From a virus, in IMG/VR virus record IMGVR_UViG_3300050821_006235, positions 1-64,000 of that record: DNA of 64,000 nt; one strand, given 5' to 3'. Each line of letters starts with the position of its first letter. Positions within the stretch are counted from its first letter, which is position 1. Of the stretch, positions 54,104 to 63,657 are shown piece after piece. A model generated the notes under the pieces. That model saw only the letters and a list, made by a program, of their open reading frames with translations. It made no database searches and had not been told where the DNA came from. A program made the translations under genes and the position numbers.

Positions 54104-57100
54104 CAGCGACCGACCGGGAGCGAGTAGCGGTTGTTGGAGTTGCGCAAGTTCATTCGCAACACCGCCTCTTGGATGCCGCGTTCGAGGTCGCGTTGCGCGA
54201 GCACGCTGCCTTGGTTGTGGACGTGGACGACGACGACCGTGTTTCCGCCACCACCGCCACCGCTTGCCCGTGTGACGGGTGTGGTGGTGAACGCGTCAAC
54301 CCCGGTACCGCCGCCGGGTGAGGTGATGTTCGCGATCATCTCCCTGGACAGGACGTACTCGCCGCCGTGCAGAATCGCCGCAATCGGAGCACCGTCTTGC
54401 CCGGGGACGGGGCCGCCCTCAGCGAACCCCAGCATGTGCGTGATGCTGCTGACGCCGCCCGTCACGCCGTTGATCATGTGGCCGATGCCGCCGAAGATCG
54501 ACGAGATCTTGTCCCCGACCCACTGGGCGGCTTTCACGAGGTCATTGAAGATGGTGTGGATGAAATCCCAGGTACCGGAGATCGCCGAGCCGATCCCGTC
54601 GAACGCCGGTTTGATCGCGTTCTTCCACAGCCAGGAGAAGACCGCACCGACCGCGTGCGCGGCCGGTTCAACAATGGTGTGCCACCACCACATGATGATG
54701 CCGGCGAGCATGCGGTAGCCGCCGACGATCCAATCGAACGCCGGTTTGATCGCGTTGTTCCACAACCACATGGCGACCGCGCCGACAAATTTCGATGCGG
54801 TCACGATCGCGTCGAACGTCGGCTTGATCACGGAGTGGTACGCCCACGACACGATCGCGCCGATGCCCTTGAAAGCGGGTTCGATGAGCTGGCGGTACGC
54901 CGTCACAATGACCGCGCCGAGCAGCTTCATGACCGCCAGCCACAGGTTGAACAGCGGCTTGACGAAGTTCCAGCACCAGGTCGCCGCTGCGGCAATGCCG
55001 TGCCACACGGCTTCAATTGCGTGCCACAACCACATGGCCACAGCGACGACCGCGTGCCAGGCGGCCATGATCCCGCGCCAGACGGCCTCCATCGCGTGCC
55101 ACAACCACATGGCACCCGCGGAGATGCCGTGCCACACGGCTTCCATCGCATGCCAGAGCCACAGTGCCCCGGCGACGATGCCGCGCCAGACGGCCTCCAT
55201 GGCGTGCCACAACCAGATTCCGCCTGCGGCGAGGGCGTGCCAGGTCGCGATCATCGCGTCCCGGAAACCCTTGAAATGGTTCCAGGCGTACATGACCCCG
55301 ACCACGAGCAACGCCACCCCCGCGATGATCGCGAGAATGGGCCACGTGGCCGCGATGGTCGCAGCAGCGGCGCTGATCATAGAAATGGTGTACGCCGCTA
55401 CGGCCGCGACGAGGACGACACCTACAGCTATCGCCAGCGCCTTGACCACACCCTCGTGCTTGGACATCCAGTTCATCGCCGTCATGAGCGGGGGGATCAG
55501 CACGTTCCCGACGGTGATCGCCACAGCGTGGAATGCCGACTTGAGCTGGTCGATCTTGAAAGACAGGGTCTGCTGTACATCGGCGAAGCCCTTGACCGCC
55601 GTGCCGCCCTTGTTCCATGCCGCGCTTGTGGCGGCAATGTTCGCCGTCGTCTCTGGCAGGTTCCCGTTGAGCAACTGCATTGCCGCGCGGTAGGCGTTAG
55701 TACTGCCCAACATCTTGGTCATGGCGGTGGCATAGGATTGTGTGATCGGCGAGCCGGACTTCAACAGATCAGAGAACCCGGACGCGCGCTTCTGCATGGT
55801 GGCCCACTGCAACCCCAGGTTGGAGGAGACCGGCCCCAGGGCCTTGGCCGCCTTGGCGTAATCCGCCCAGGTTATCGAGCCACTCTTGACCTCAGAGGCC
55901 AACTTCTGAATGTCGGGGGGCAACGCTTTGAAAGCAACATTGGCGTCGTTGGCAGCCGTCTTCGACTTGTTGAGCGTGTCGACCAGGATGTAACCGCCCT
56001 TGGTGTGGGACGCAATGGCGGCTGTCAGCATGGAGAAGGTCCCCATGAGGCCGTTCTTACCCAGGTCGTGTTCCAGGACCGTGGAGGACAACCCGAGCCG
56101 GTCCATCTCCTTAACGGCCTGGAGGTTGTGAATGGACATACCCCGGATCACAGCCGTGAGGTCATCCACCGCGCCGTGTGCCGTCGCACCGTGCTGAGTC
56201 AGGGTTGCCATGGCGCCAGACAGTTCACCAAAAGTGATTCCGGCCTTTTGGGCGATAGGCGAAACTGTCCCGATGGCGGCGGCGAAGTCCGCCATGGTCA
56301 TCTTGCCGCGCCCAACCGCAACGGTCATGGTGTTCATAACCCGGGCGGCCTCGGCGGGCTGGACGTTAAAGTCCCGCATCACCGTGGTGAGTGCGTTGGT
56401 CACATCGGCGAGCGGGGCCTGCTCGGCGCGGGCACCTTGCGCCGCGACCTTGAGAACATTCAACCCGTCCGCGCCGTGATACGCGCCCTTGGCAATCCCG
56501 TACCCGGACGACTCGACCATGTACATACCGGCGGTCAATTGCGTGGTCGCCGTGCCCGTGTCCACGGACATCTTGAGGATCTCGTCCGACGCGGTCTTGA
56601 GATTGCCGGTGAGCTTGCCGCCGATAACGGAGCCGGTCTCCCCCGCCGACGTCCCGAGCTTGACGATCTGGGATTGGTATTTCGCGGCGGAGTCCACGCC
56701 GTACACGGCGAAGGCGGCGGCACCGATCAGGGTGTCCTTGCCCAGCTTGTTAATAGCACTGCCGACCTTGCCCAGTGCCGCCGACTGACGACCAGCAGCC
56801 GCTTCCGCCCCGGAAGCCTTGGAAACGGCTGTGGTCTGCTCGGCGGCCAGCAGCCGCTCCGCGACGGCCGTTTTGCCCATTGTGTCCCCGAGGACCCGTT
56901 GGGCGTCGGCCGACGCCAGGGACGCGTCCTTCACGAGGTTCTGCTGGACGGCGAGGTCCGCGGCCATCTCGGCTTCCAGCTTGGCGGCGTCGGCCGCCAT
57001 CTTCTCGGCGTCCCCGAGCGCCGTCTGAGCGGCGGCAGCGGCGCCCGCATCAACACCGGCCCCGCCGATCGCCGCACCACCAGAGGCCGCGGCGAGAGAC

Positions 57101-57246
57101 GCCTCCATGCCCTTGGACTGGGCGGCTACGGCGTCGATCGTGGCTGCGAGACGCTCCAACGCGGCGATCTCAAGGTCGATCCCGGCGACCGCACCGGCGG
57201 AGTCCACGAGGAACTGCTGCGTAGCCGGCGGCAAGAGTTCCGCCAT
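54103..57246 (-). CDS. tape measure protein
   Basis: 1047 aa Ala-rich, TP901-type core, Trp-periodic repeats, FAEGG..HGGEYV. Confidence 0.95.
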   Translation of the reverse strand: MAELLPPATQQFLVDSAGAVAGIDLEIAALERLAATIDAVAAQSKGMEASLAAASGGAAIGGAGVDAGAAAAAQTALGDAEKMAADAAKLEAEMAADLAVQQNLVKDASLASADAQRVLGDTMGKTAVAERLLAAEQTTAVSKASGAEAAAGRQSAALGKVGSAINKLGKDTLIGAAAFAVYGVDSAAKYQSQIVKLGTSAGETGSVIGGKLTGNLKTASDEILKMSVDTGTATTQLTAGMYMVESSGYGIAKGAYHGADGLNVLKVAAQGARAEQAPLADVTNALTTVMRDFNVQPAEAARVMNTMTVAVGRGKMTMADFAAAIGTVSPIAQKAGITFGELSGAMATLTQHGATAHGAVDDLTAVIRGMSIHNLQAVKEMDRLGLSSTVLEHDLGKNGLMGTFSMLTAAIASHTKGGYILVDTLNKSKTAANDANVAFKALPPDIQKLASEVKSGSITWADYAKAAKALGPVSSNLGLQWATMQKRASGFSDLLKSGSPITQSYATAMTKMLGSTNAYRAAMQLLNGNLPETTANIAATSAAWNKGGTAVKGFADVQQTLSFKIDQLKSAFHAVAITVGNVLIPPLMTAMNWMSKHEGVVKALAIAVGVVLVAAVAAYTISMISAAAATIAATWPILAIIAGVALLVVGVMYAWNHFKGFRDAMIATWHALAAGGIWLWHAMEAVWRGIVAGALWLWHAMEAVWHGISAGAMWLWHAMEAVWRGIMAAWHAVVAVAMWLWHAIEAVWHGIAAAATWCWNFVKPLFNLWLAVMKLLGAVIVTAYRQLIEPAFKGIGAIVSWAYHSVIKPTFDAIVTASKFVGAVAMWLWNNAIKPAFDWIVGGYRMLAGIIMWWWHTIVEPAAHAVGAVFSWLWKNAIKPAFDGIGSAISGTWDFIHTIFNDLVKAAQWVGDKISSIFGGIGHMINGVTGGVSSITHMLGFAEGGPVPGQDGAPIAAILHGGEYVLSREMIANITSPGGGTGVDAFTTTPVTRASGGGGGGNTVVVVHVHNQGSVLAQRDLERGIQEAVLRMNLRNSNNRYSLPVGR
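54990..55245 (-). repeat. coding tandem repeats in tape measure (about 18 aa, WLWHAMEAVW..GI)
   Basis: About 54-bp repeats visible in DNA and protein. Confidence 0.8.
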
Positions 57247-57321
57247 GGCGCACCCCCGCCCCGTGAGAATCTGTCAGCGGATCGGCGTACCGTTCACGCG
57301 GCGCAGGCCGATACTCCGGGC

Positions 57322-57804
57322 ATGGAAGCAAAAGGGCGCAACGGGCAGATCGACTTCGATGGCCAGTGGGTCACCATCACCCGGCGCGGTTTCGTCGCCA
57401 GGGCGACCGTGGGTAAGGGCGACAAACGAATCCACGTGTCGTCGCTCGGCGCGGTCGGCTGGAAACCGGCCGGGCCGATCGTGAACGGGTTCATCACGTT
57501 CTCGGTGCCGGGCAGCACCGCGGTCCGGTCCCGGTCCGGAAACCGAACCAACCAGCATGTCCGTGACGAGAACTCGGTGCTGTTCACCTGGCAGCAGCGG
57601 AAGGCGTTCGAGGACATCCGGGCCGCCATCGAGCAGGCGCTGCACGCCTCCCGGACCGGGCAGGCAGCGCCAGCCCCGCCGCCGCCCGTTGCGCCGGCCG
57701 ACGCGCGCGCCCAGTTGCAGCAGCTCCAGGGGCTGCACGCGCAAGGGCTGATCAGCGACGCCGAGTACCAGGCGAAGCGTGCCGAGGTGCTGCGCCGCAT
57801 CTGA
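57322..57804 (+). CDS. DUF4429 plus SHOCT domain protein (antisense moron)
   Basis: KGRNGQI.FDG.WVTI.R..KPAG..NGFI.F; C-terminal LQQL..L..QGLISDAEYQAKRAEVL. Confidence 0.85.
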   Translation: MEAKGRNGQIDFDGQWVTITRRGFVARATVGKGDKRIHVSSLGAVGWKPAGPIVNGFITFSVPGSTAVRSRSGNRTNQHVRDENSVLFTWQQRKAFEDIRAAIEQALHASRTGQAAPAPPPPVAPADARAQLQQLQGLHAQGLISDAEYQAKRAEVLRRI

Positions 57805-57807
57805 CGG

Positions 57808-58248
57808 TCAGATGCCGAGCGCAGCGGTCCACGCCTTCGCGGCCACAGCGGTGAGCGTTCCGGACGACGCGAGTTTCTCCGTCGCAGGCCGCAGGTACGG
57901 TCTGGCCGGGAGGACGGAACCCCGCCCGGCCGTGCCTCCGAGCTCCTGGATCCGCGCGTAGATGACGGTGCCGCCGACCGTCGCCAAATACCGTGCCGGC
58001 CCTGCTGAGATGGCCGGGGTCGCGACGATGGAACGGCGCAACGTCCCCGTGACGAGCGATGGAGGATCGCCGGGCCGTGACGGTGTGGGTGTACCCGCCG
58101 GGTGGGAGGTGCGGGTCAGCTCCAGTTGGGTGGCTTTGAGTGCGGTCAGCGACATGGCGGTGACCGCCGCACGCGGAGCCACCGTTGCGGCGCGGGCACG
58201 GATCACCTTCAGCCGTGCGACGACATCGACGGCGGCGTTCGCGGACAT
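57808..58248 (-). CDS. HK97 gp10-like tail completion protein
   Basis: TGTLRRSI..YARIQELGG..PARPYLRPA. Confidence 0.85.
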   Translation of the reverse strand: MSANAAVDVVARLKVIRARAATVAPRAAVTAMSLTALKATQLELTRTSHPAGTPTPSRPGDPPSLVTGTLRRSIVATPAISAGPARYLATVGGTVIYARIQELGGTAGRGSVLPARPYLRPATEKLASSGTLTAVAAKAWTAALGI

Positions 58249-58251
58249 CGC

Positions 58252-58545
58252 TCACCACCCTCCGTTGAAGCGTGGCCCGTCCTGCTCGGTCTGCTTAGAC
58301 GACTGCGCGGCTTTGCGTTTCTCCTCGGCCACGTAGTCGTGTGCGGCGGCCAAACCGGGAGCCCACCGGACGAATTCGAGCGGTTGCTCATCGACCACGG
58401 TCGGCGGCATGTTCCACCGCTCAGCGAAGGACAGGTACCAGGCCGTCTCGGTGACTTCGTCTACAGGGATGTCTCCGAGGTAGGCGGCGTCTCCGCTGAG
58501 GATCCATCGGACGAGCCTGCCGCGCTCGTCTTCGACGATTTTCCC
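58252..58545 (-). CDS. tail assembly chaperone, -1 frameshift extension
   Basis: Reading GKIVEDERGRLVRW..RWNMPP entered at slippery GGGAAAA. Confidence 0.75.
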   Translation of the reverse strand, partial: GKIVEDERGRLVRWILSGDAAYLGDIPVDEVTETAWYLSFAERWNMPPTVVDEQPLEFVRWAPGLAAAHDYVAEEKRKAAQSSKQTEQDGPRFNGGW

Positions 58546-58865
58546 GACTTCTCGATCTTTTCGATGAGCGGTTCGATCGCCTCCAGCATCGGGTCGAGGT
58601 AGTCGAGGTCGAGCCGTTCCAGCACCGGCTCGGCGATGTCGGGGGGTTCGGCGAGGGGGATCGGGTAGTCGGTGAGCGACCAGGAGGTGATGAGGCGGCG
58701 CAGGACGGCGTACCGCTGGCACTCCTGGAGGTCCCCGGCGATCTCCTGGAAACCTCCCTCGGTGTTGACCTTGAACTTGATGGCGCCCTTGAAGGCCTTC
58801 CGGTCGCCACCCTTGACGTTTTCCCGAAGTTCGGCCCAATCGCCGTTGGGAAGCGTTACGCGCAC
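58461..58865 (-). CDS. tail assembly chaperone
   Basis: Directly after major tail; ITSWSL; slippery site near 3' end. Confidence 0.85.
   Translation of the reverse strand: MRVTLPNGDWAELRENVKGGDRKAFKGAIKFKVNTEGGFQEIAGDLQECQRYAVLRRLITSWSLTDYPIPLAEPPDIAEPVLERLDLDYLDPMLEAIEPLIEKIEKSGKSSKTSAAGSSDGSSAETPPTSETSL
58539..58545 (-). other. programmed -1 frameshift site GGGAAAA
   Basis: G GGA AAA in frame; -1 frame open to 58252. Confidence 0.8.
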
Positions 58866-58877
58866 AAGCGCCTACTT

Positions 58878-60110
58878 TCAGTAAGAAGGTACGGAGTTCA
58901 CGACAGTGATCTTGCAGGGGGAGAACGAGCCGGAGTTGCCCACGTTGGTCGTGTTGGCCATGAGCTTCGCTGTGGTGTCGTAGCCGAACGTCTCCTTGCC
59001 GTCGTTCAACTTGCTGGTGTCGTACGCCGTGACCTGCGCGTCCACCGTGATGCTGGTGCTGTTGGGCCCGGTCGCGATGAACTGGGTTTGCGGCTGGGTG
59101 TTGTTCAGCAGGTTCAACAACGGCGTCTCCGACGGTGCCGACTCGAACGTCAGCTTCAGGCTGGCCGCGAACCCTCCCCTGGCGATCACGTACGGGTTCT
59201 GGACGCCTTGCACCGTCCACACCGGCGCGATCTTGCGGGCCAAGGTGATCGCCCAGTCGCTCACGTACAGCACCTTCGTGCCGCCACTCGCCGGACCTCC
59301 GATACCGACCGCACCGTTCCAGCCCGCCTGCGCGGGCTGCGTCGACGCCGTGAACACCGGGGTCGTCGCGGCGATCGACGACAGCCACCCCTGCCCCTTG
59401 GCCTGCCAGGTGAGGAACTGCTGGGCGTTCGCGGTCAGGACCACTTCCGACACGCACGCGGACGCGTACTGCCGGGCGAACGTGCTTGCGGGCATGCCGG
59501 AGATGTCCGTCAGGGTGTGGGTCGGCGGTTGCGCACCGTTCGCGGCACTGTTCAAGAGGCTGAACACGTGCGTGTAGTTGCCGTTGCCCGCGACCGTGTT
59601 GGTCACCGCGACCCCGGTCAGGTGGGTCAGGCGGATCGGTGTTGCCGCCGTCAACGTGATCGTGTTCGTTGCGACACTGAGAACCTGCACGATCTCGGCG
59701 TTCGAACCGGTATCCACCTGGATCCACTGGTTCGCGGCGAACCCTGTCCCGGCGACCACCGGGACCGTGAACGTACCGATCGCGAGAGGGCTGGACAGCG
59801 TCGAGTTCGGGGTCGTCGCGACACCGGTCGACGTGTAGTCGCCCAGGCAGTTGAGCAAGAAGTGACCGAGCGTGTCCGCGTATACCGGCCCCTGAATGTC
59901 CCAGTCGGTGACGTAGGTGCCAGCCGTGTAGCCGAACTCTTCGGCCATGGACTGACGCCACGACTTATCAATCAGCGGATTAATCTTGTCTTCGACCGTG
60001 AACTTCTCGGCCGGGACACCGATCGTCGGCATCACCGGGGTGCCGACCGCCCCGGCCGCCTCCTTGCCGAGGGCGATACCTCTGCGTGTTACTGGGAAGA
60101 CAGCGACCAT
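58878..60110 (-). CDS. major tail (tube) protein with inserted beta domain
   Basis: IALGKE..G; YTHVF; position before chaperones. Confidence 0.85.
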   Translation of the reverse strand: MVAVFPVTRRGIALGKEAAGAVGTPVMPTIGVPAEKFTVEDKINPLIDKSWRQSMAEEFGYTAGTYVTDWDIQGPVYADTLGHFLLNCLGDYTSTGVATTPNSTLSSPLAIGTFTVPVVAGTGFAANQWIQVDTGSNAEIVQVLSVATNTITLTAATPIRLTHLTGVAVTNTVAGNGNYTHVFSLLNSAANGAQPPTHTLTDISGMPASTFARQYASACVSEVVLTANAQQFLTWQAKGQGWLSSIAATTPVFTASTQPAQAGWNGAVGIGGPASGGTKVLYVSDWAITLARKIAPVWTVQGVQNPYVIARGGFAASLKLTFESAPSETPLLNLLNNTQPQTQFIATGPNSTSITVDAQVTAYDTSKLNDGKETFGYDTTAKLMANTTNVGNSGSFSPCKITVVNSVPSY

Positions 60111-60376
60111 CAGACAGTCACCGCCTTCGAAGCCTTAGCGGCCTTCTCGATGACCGGCGTGGGCGGTGTCTCGGCGCTGGCCGGGATCCATGACCCGTCG
60201 CCCGGAATGTCCGGCAACGGCTCACCGCCGTGGTCGGCTCCCCCGGCCTTACGGATCTGCACGGGGTCCATGCCGGGGACGCCGATCAGGGTGGTGGTGG
60301 TGCCGTCCGGGGCGACCGCGAGGTACGCGGAGTAGATCCGCTCCTCGGCCTCGGTGTACGCGTAAAGGTCCTGCAC
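60110..60376 (-). CDS. small virion-region protein
   Basis: Coupled to major tail gene. Confidence 0.55.
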   Translation of the reverse strand: MQDLYAYTEAEERIYSAYLAVAPDGTTTTLIGVPGMDPVQIRKAGGADHGGEPLPDIPGDGSWIPASAETPPTPVIEKAAKASKAVTV

Positions 60377-60488
60377 ACGGCCTCTTTCTGCCGCGCGAAG
60401 GCGACCGGTCGGAACTGCACGAGAAAGGCGCCCATGCGGCGCCGGGCATGCGAAAGGCCCGCACCTCAGCGCGGGCCGGGAAGAGGCT

Positions 60489-60992
60489 CTAGGCCTGGAT
60501 CAGTTCCAGGAATGGCACGATGATCAGGGCGTCAAAACGCTGCCACCTCTGGTCGGAGACGGTCGCGACACCGAGCGCCTGCCACGACATGTCCTCACCG
60601 ACACCCACCAGGTTGCAGACGAGCCCCGAGTTCGGGTCGACGACCGTCGCCGGGTCCGGGGACGTCCGCAGCTTGTTCATGACCGCGTCGACCACGGACG
60701 GGAACGCGTCCGCGAGGTACGGGTCGTCGGAGGAGTTGAACCAGGTCAAGAACACGTCCATGTCCGGGCGGACTTCTTTCCACCCGGCCGCAGTCCCCGG
60801 CCCTGTGTTACGCGGCATCGTCTGCCGGCGTTCGTGACCGGCGTTCGGCCAGATGTAGCAGGCGGGTTGCGGGCCTTCGTTCGGGTCCGGGGGGGCGATG
60901 AACGCCTCCAACGGGCCGACGTTCGCGGGCCCGGGGACGATGAGCCCGTTGAGTTGCTGGTGAATCCAGTTCTGCACGGTGACCAGAGGCAT
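60489..60992 (-). CDS. tail terminator-like protein
   Basis: Size and position in head-tail joining module. Confidence 0.65.
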   Translation of the reverse strand: MPLVTVQNWIHQQLNGLIVPGPANVGPLEAFIAPPDPNEGPQPACYIWPNAGHERRQTMPRNTGPGTAAGWKEVRPDMDVFLTWFNSSDDPYLADAFPSVVDAVMNKLRTSPDPATVVDPNSGLVCNLVGVGEDMSWQALGVATVSDQRWQRFDALIIVPFLELIQA

Positions 60993-60995
60993 CGG

Positions 60996-61943
60996 TCACC
61001 ACTTCCGCTGGAACGGATTCAGCATGAGTTCGGCCTCTGAGGCGAGTTCCTCCGGCGCCTTGCTGCCCGCCGATGATCCGCCACCGGTCGAATGGATCGT
61101 GGTGGACGTCGCACCCCTCGTCAGAGCCTGAGACCCGGCGAACAAAGCGGTCGCCCACCGGATCTGCGCGGGCATCGTCGTCACCATCACCCCGGCGTTG
61201 TGCGGGTAGCCGAGCGGCGCCGACAGGGTGAGGGTGCCGGGACCCGACACCACGGACGCGGCCGTCACCGTCACGGCCTCCTGAAGGCCACCGTCGTACA
61301 CCACCCCGACCGCGCCCGGTTGCCCGACCGCGACGGGGGCCCACCCGGTGCAGTCATCCACCGCCAAGGTGGTCGCGCCAGAGGCGGCCTGCGCGGTCAA
61401 AGACGTGTGCGGCCACCCGTTGGTGTACGACACCTGGATGCGGTACCCGTTGCGCCCTTCACGCCACGACACCCAGTTCGGGGCGATCAGGATGGCCTGC
61501 CCGCCCTCCCCCGAATCGGCCGGCGAGCTGGTGCCGAACATGCCGATGACGGGGATCGCGGGCTCGTATTGGCCGGGCGTGACGGTGGTCCAGGCGCGGG
61601 GGAAGCTCCGCGCCGGGGACACCTGCACGGACGTGACCTGTAGGACCGGGCCGCGCCGCAGCACACACGTCGTGACCTTGGTGTGGGTGTCGACACCGAC
61701 CCTGGCACCGCCGGGGCCGGTCAACGACTCGGTGTTGAGGGTTGCCCGCAAAGGCTGGTTGCAGTACCCGTCGATCAGGCCGGACGCCTTCTGGCAGATG
61801 TCGACCAGGACGGCGTTCAGGTCCTGCGGCGAGGAACCCGTACGCGGAACCAGCGAAGACCAACTTACGCCGATCGGTTCACGAATCAGCAGATCAGGCG
61901 TGAGGTAAGGGGTCCCGGGACCCATCACTGTCGGGGATGGCAT
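60996..61943 (-). CDS. head-to-tail adaptor with inserted beta domain
   Basis: PYLT..ASGLIDGYCNQPL..SYTNGW..MPAQIRWAT..LMLNPF. Confidence 0.8.
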   Translation of the reverse strand: MPSPTVMGPGTPYLTPDLLIREPIGVSWSSLVPRTGSSPQDLNAVLVDICQKASGLIDGYCNQPLRATLNTESLTGPGGARVGVDTHTKVTTCVLRRGPVLQVTSVQVSPARSFPRAWTTVTPGQYEPAIPVIGMFGTSSPADSGEGGQAILIAPNWVSWREGRNGYRIQVSYTNGWPHTSLTAQAASGATTLAVDDCTGWAPVAVGQPGAVGVVYDGGLQEAVTVTAASVVSGPGTLTLSAPLGYPHNAGVMVTTMPAQIRWATALFAGSQALTRGATSTTIHSTGGGSSAGSKAPEELASEAELMLNPFQRKW

Positions 61944-61975
61944 TGGGCATCACCCCCTCGTCTGACGGTTCCTGG

Positions 61976-62170
61976 TCACCGCACCGTCATCACGGTGATC
62001 TTGTTGGTGCGCGCGCACTTTCGGCACAGATGCCGTTCACCGTCCGGATCCCATGCGGCGTGCCTGCCGCACAGGGCCGTCTGGCACAGGTCGCAGGATC
62101 CGACCAGAGCGACCGGTCCGCCACCGCGGCGAACTCCCCCGCACCGCCCGCAGGCGTGGCCGCGTTTCAT
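61976..62170 (-). CDS. small Cys-rich zinc-finger protein
   Basis: CGRC, CDLC, CGRH, CRKC. Confidence 0.55.
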   Translation of the reverse strand: MKRGHACGRCGGVRRGGGPVALVGSCDLCQTALCGRHAAWDPDGERHLCRKCARTNKITVMTVR

Positions 62171-62499
62171 CCCGCAGGGTCGGCCTTCGCGGACCGCTTG
62201 GTGGTCGCCCGCTTCGCGACCTGGGGGTCGGGCGGGGTGACGGCCTGCGCGGCGTTCACGAGCTGCTGCACAGCGTCCATCAGCGTCGCCGGGTCACGGC
62301 GCCGCTCCATCTCCTCCGCCATCAGCCGGGCCTGCCGTTCGATGTCGGTCTCCCACAGCGGCTTACCGCGGAAGTGGAAGGAGTACAGCTTGTTGCTGAG
62401 TTCGTCGGGGAAGTCGAAGCCGCCCTGCTCGTCGGCGTCGAAGTGTCCGTACTCGGGGTCATCGACCCCGCTCGCGTCCGAGCGCGTATACAGGCGCAT
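62167..62499 (-). CDS. head-region hypothetical protein
   Basis: GGAGAG RBS, operonic. Confidence 0.65.
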   Translation of the reverse strand: MRLYTRSDASGVDDPEYGHFDADEQGGFDFPDELSNKLYSFHFRGKPLWETDIERQARLMAEEMERRRDPATLMDAVQQLVNAAQAVTPPDPQVAKRATTKRSAKADPAG

Positions 62500-62536
62500 G
62501 CCTGCTCTCCCTGGGTGAGGGTTGGGGGGAATGTGA

Positions 62537-62565
62537 AAGGCCGAGAGCGGGATGCTCTCGGCCTT
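62537..62565 (-). terminator. post-capsid terminator
   Basis: 12-bp stem AAGGCCGAGAGC/GCTCTCGGCCTT. Confidence 0.7.
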
Positions 62566-62583
62566 CGGGGTGGGGCTTTTCGG

Positions 62584-63564
62584 TCAGCGGCGGACCTTGC
62601 GGAGCGCCAGGTTCTGAGAACGGGTCAGGGCTTGCAGGTGGGCCGGGTTGACGCAGCGACGGACGTGACAGGTGTGATGCACGTCTAGGCCCACGGGCAG
62701 CGGCCCGGAAGCCAACTCGTAGGAATAACGGTGAGCCTGGACCTGAACCCCGGTGTAGGCCGTGAACTGGCCATAGCCCGTCCCAGGATTGACCGCCGCA
62801 GTCCACAGCCAGCAAGAGTCGGTCTTGTCGACCTTCTCCCAGAACCGCTGCTCGGGCGTCCGCTGCCTCGGTCGCTCGACGCTCGGATCTCTGAGCCACT
62901 TGCGATAACACGGACGGCAGAGCGTTCGCTTGAAGAGGGGCCGATCGCCACTGCACTCGGTGCAGTGGGTCGGCTTCTCGATTTTCGGCTTCACCGGAAC
63001 GACCTCGGGGGCGTACCCCCAGAAGGCGCCCTGATTGCCGCGCCGGATGTTCTCGCGCGGCGTTACGGGCTCCAGGTGCTCCGGCCTGACGCAACTGCGC
63101 CGACGGCACAGGTGGTCGAGGTGGAGACCCTTCGATATCAGACCCACCAAGTACTGGTAGGCGATCCGATGAACGAGTTGCGTCCCTTTGCCGCCGAATA
63201 CACCGTAGCCGGTGACCGGGTGCTTGCATCCGGTCCAAACCCAGCAGGGGCCCAGTGACTGGCGCTCCTCGGGGAGGGGGCCGTCCTTGTCGACTTGCGC
63301 CCAGAAGCGTCGAGCGCGCGGGTCAGTGACCTCGCCGTGCTTCTCGACTCGGCGCACGTGCATCTCGCACATGCCGCGCCGCTTCGGGGTCCGGTCACAT
63401 TCCTCAACCGAACACCTCTCGCCCTGCTCGGCGTAGCGGCGCGTCTCATGTAGGGGGTCGCCGTATGTCCGCCAGCGTGCGTAATGCGTCGAGCACCAGC
63501 CGCGTCCGAAGGCGTGCTTACCGCAGTCGGCAATCGAGCAGTCCACATCTGAGTTGACCGTCAC
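62584..63564 (-). CDS. double-HNH homing endonuclease
   Basis: Two RFW..CW.WT..GYG..HR..H.C..CV.P.HL units plus Cys/His repeats. Confidence 0.9.
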   Translation of the reverse strand: MTVNSDVDCSIADCGKHAFGRGWCSTHYARWRTYGDPLHETRRYAEQGERCSVEECDRTPKRRGMCEMHVRRVEKHGEVTDPRARRFWAQVDKDGPLPEERQSLGPCWVWTGCKHPVTGYGVFGGKGTQLVHRIAYQYLVGLISKGLHLDHLCRRRSCVRPEHLEPVTPRENIRRGNQGAFWGYAPEVVPVKPKIEKPTHCTECSGDRPLFKRTLCRPCYRKWLRDPSVERPRQRTPEQRFWEKVDKTDSCWLWTAAVNPGTGYGQFTAYTGVQVQAHRYSYELASGPLPVGLDVHHTCHVRRCVNPAHLQALTRSQNLALRKVRR

Positions 63565-63572
63565 TCATGGCT

Positions 63573-63607
63573 CCTTTGTTGGAGTGGAGAGCCCACTCCA
63601 ACAAAGG
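63573..63607 (-). promoter_or_regulatory. 15-bp hairpin sequestering part of the HNH RBS
   Basis: CCTTTGTTGGAGTGG-N5-CCACTCCAACAAAGG overlapping AAGGAG. Confidence 0.7.
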
Positions 63608-63657
63608 TACCACAGAACAGCGGGTCGCATGCAGCCAAAACAGCGTAATGCTCCTGC

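Noticed and set aside
54367-57321. Most of the 1145-aa plus-strand ORF
   Set aside because: Shadow of tape measure; only the part from ATG 57322 looks like a real protein
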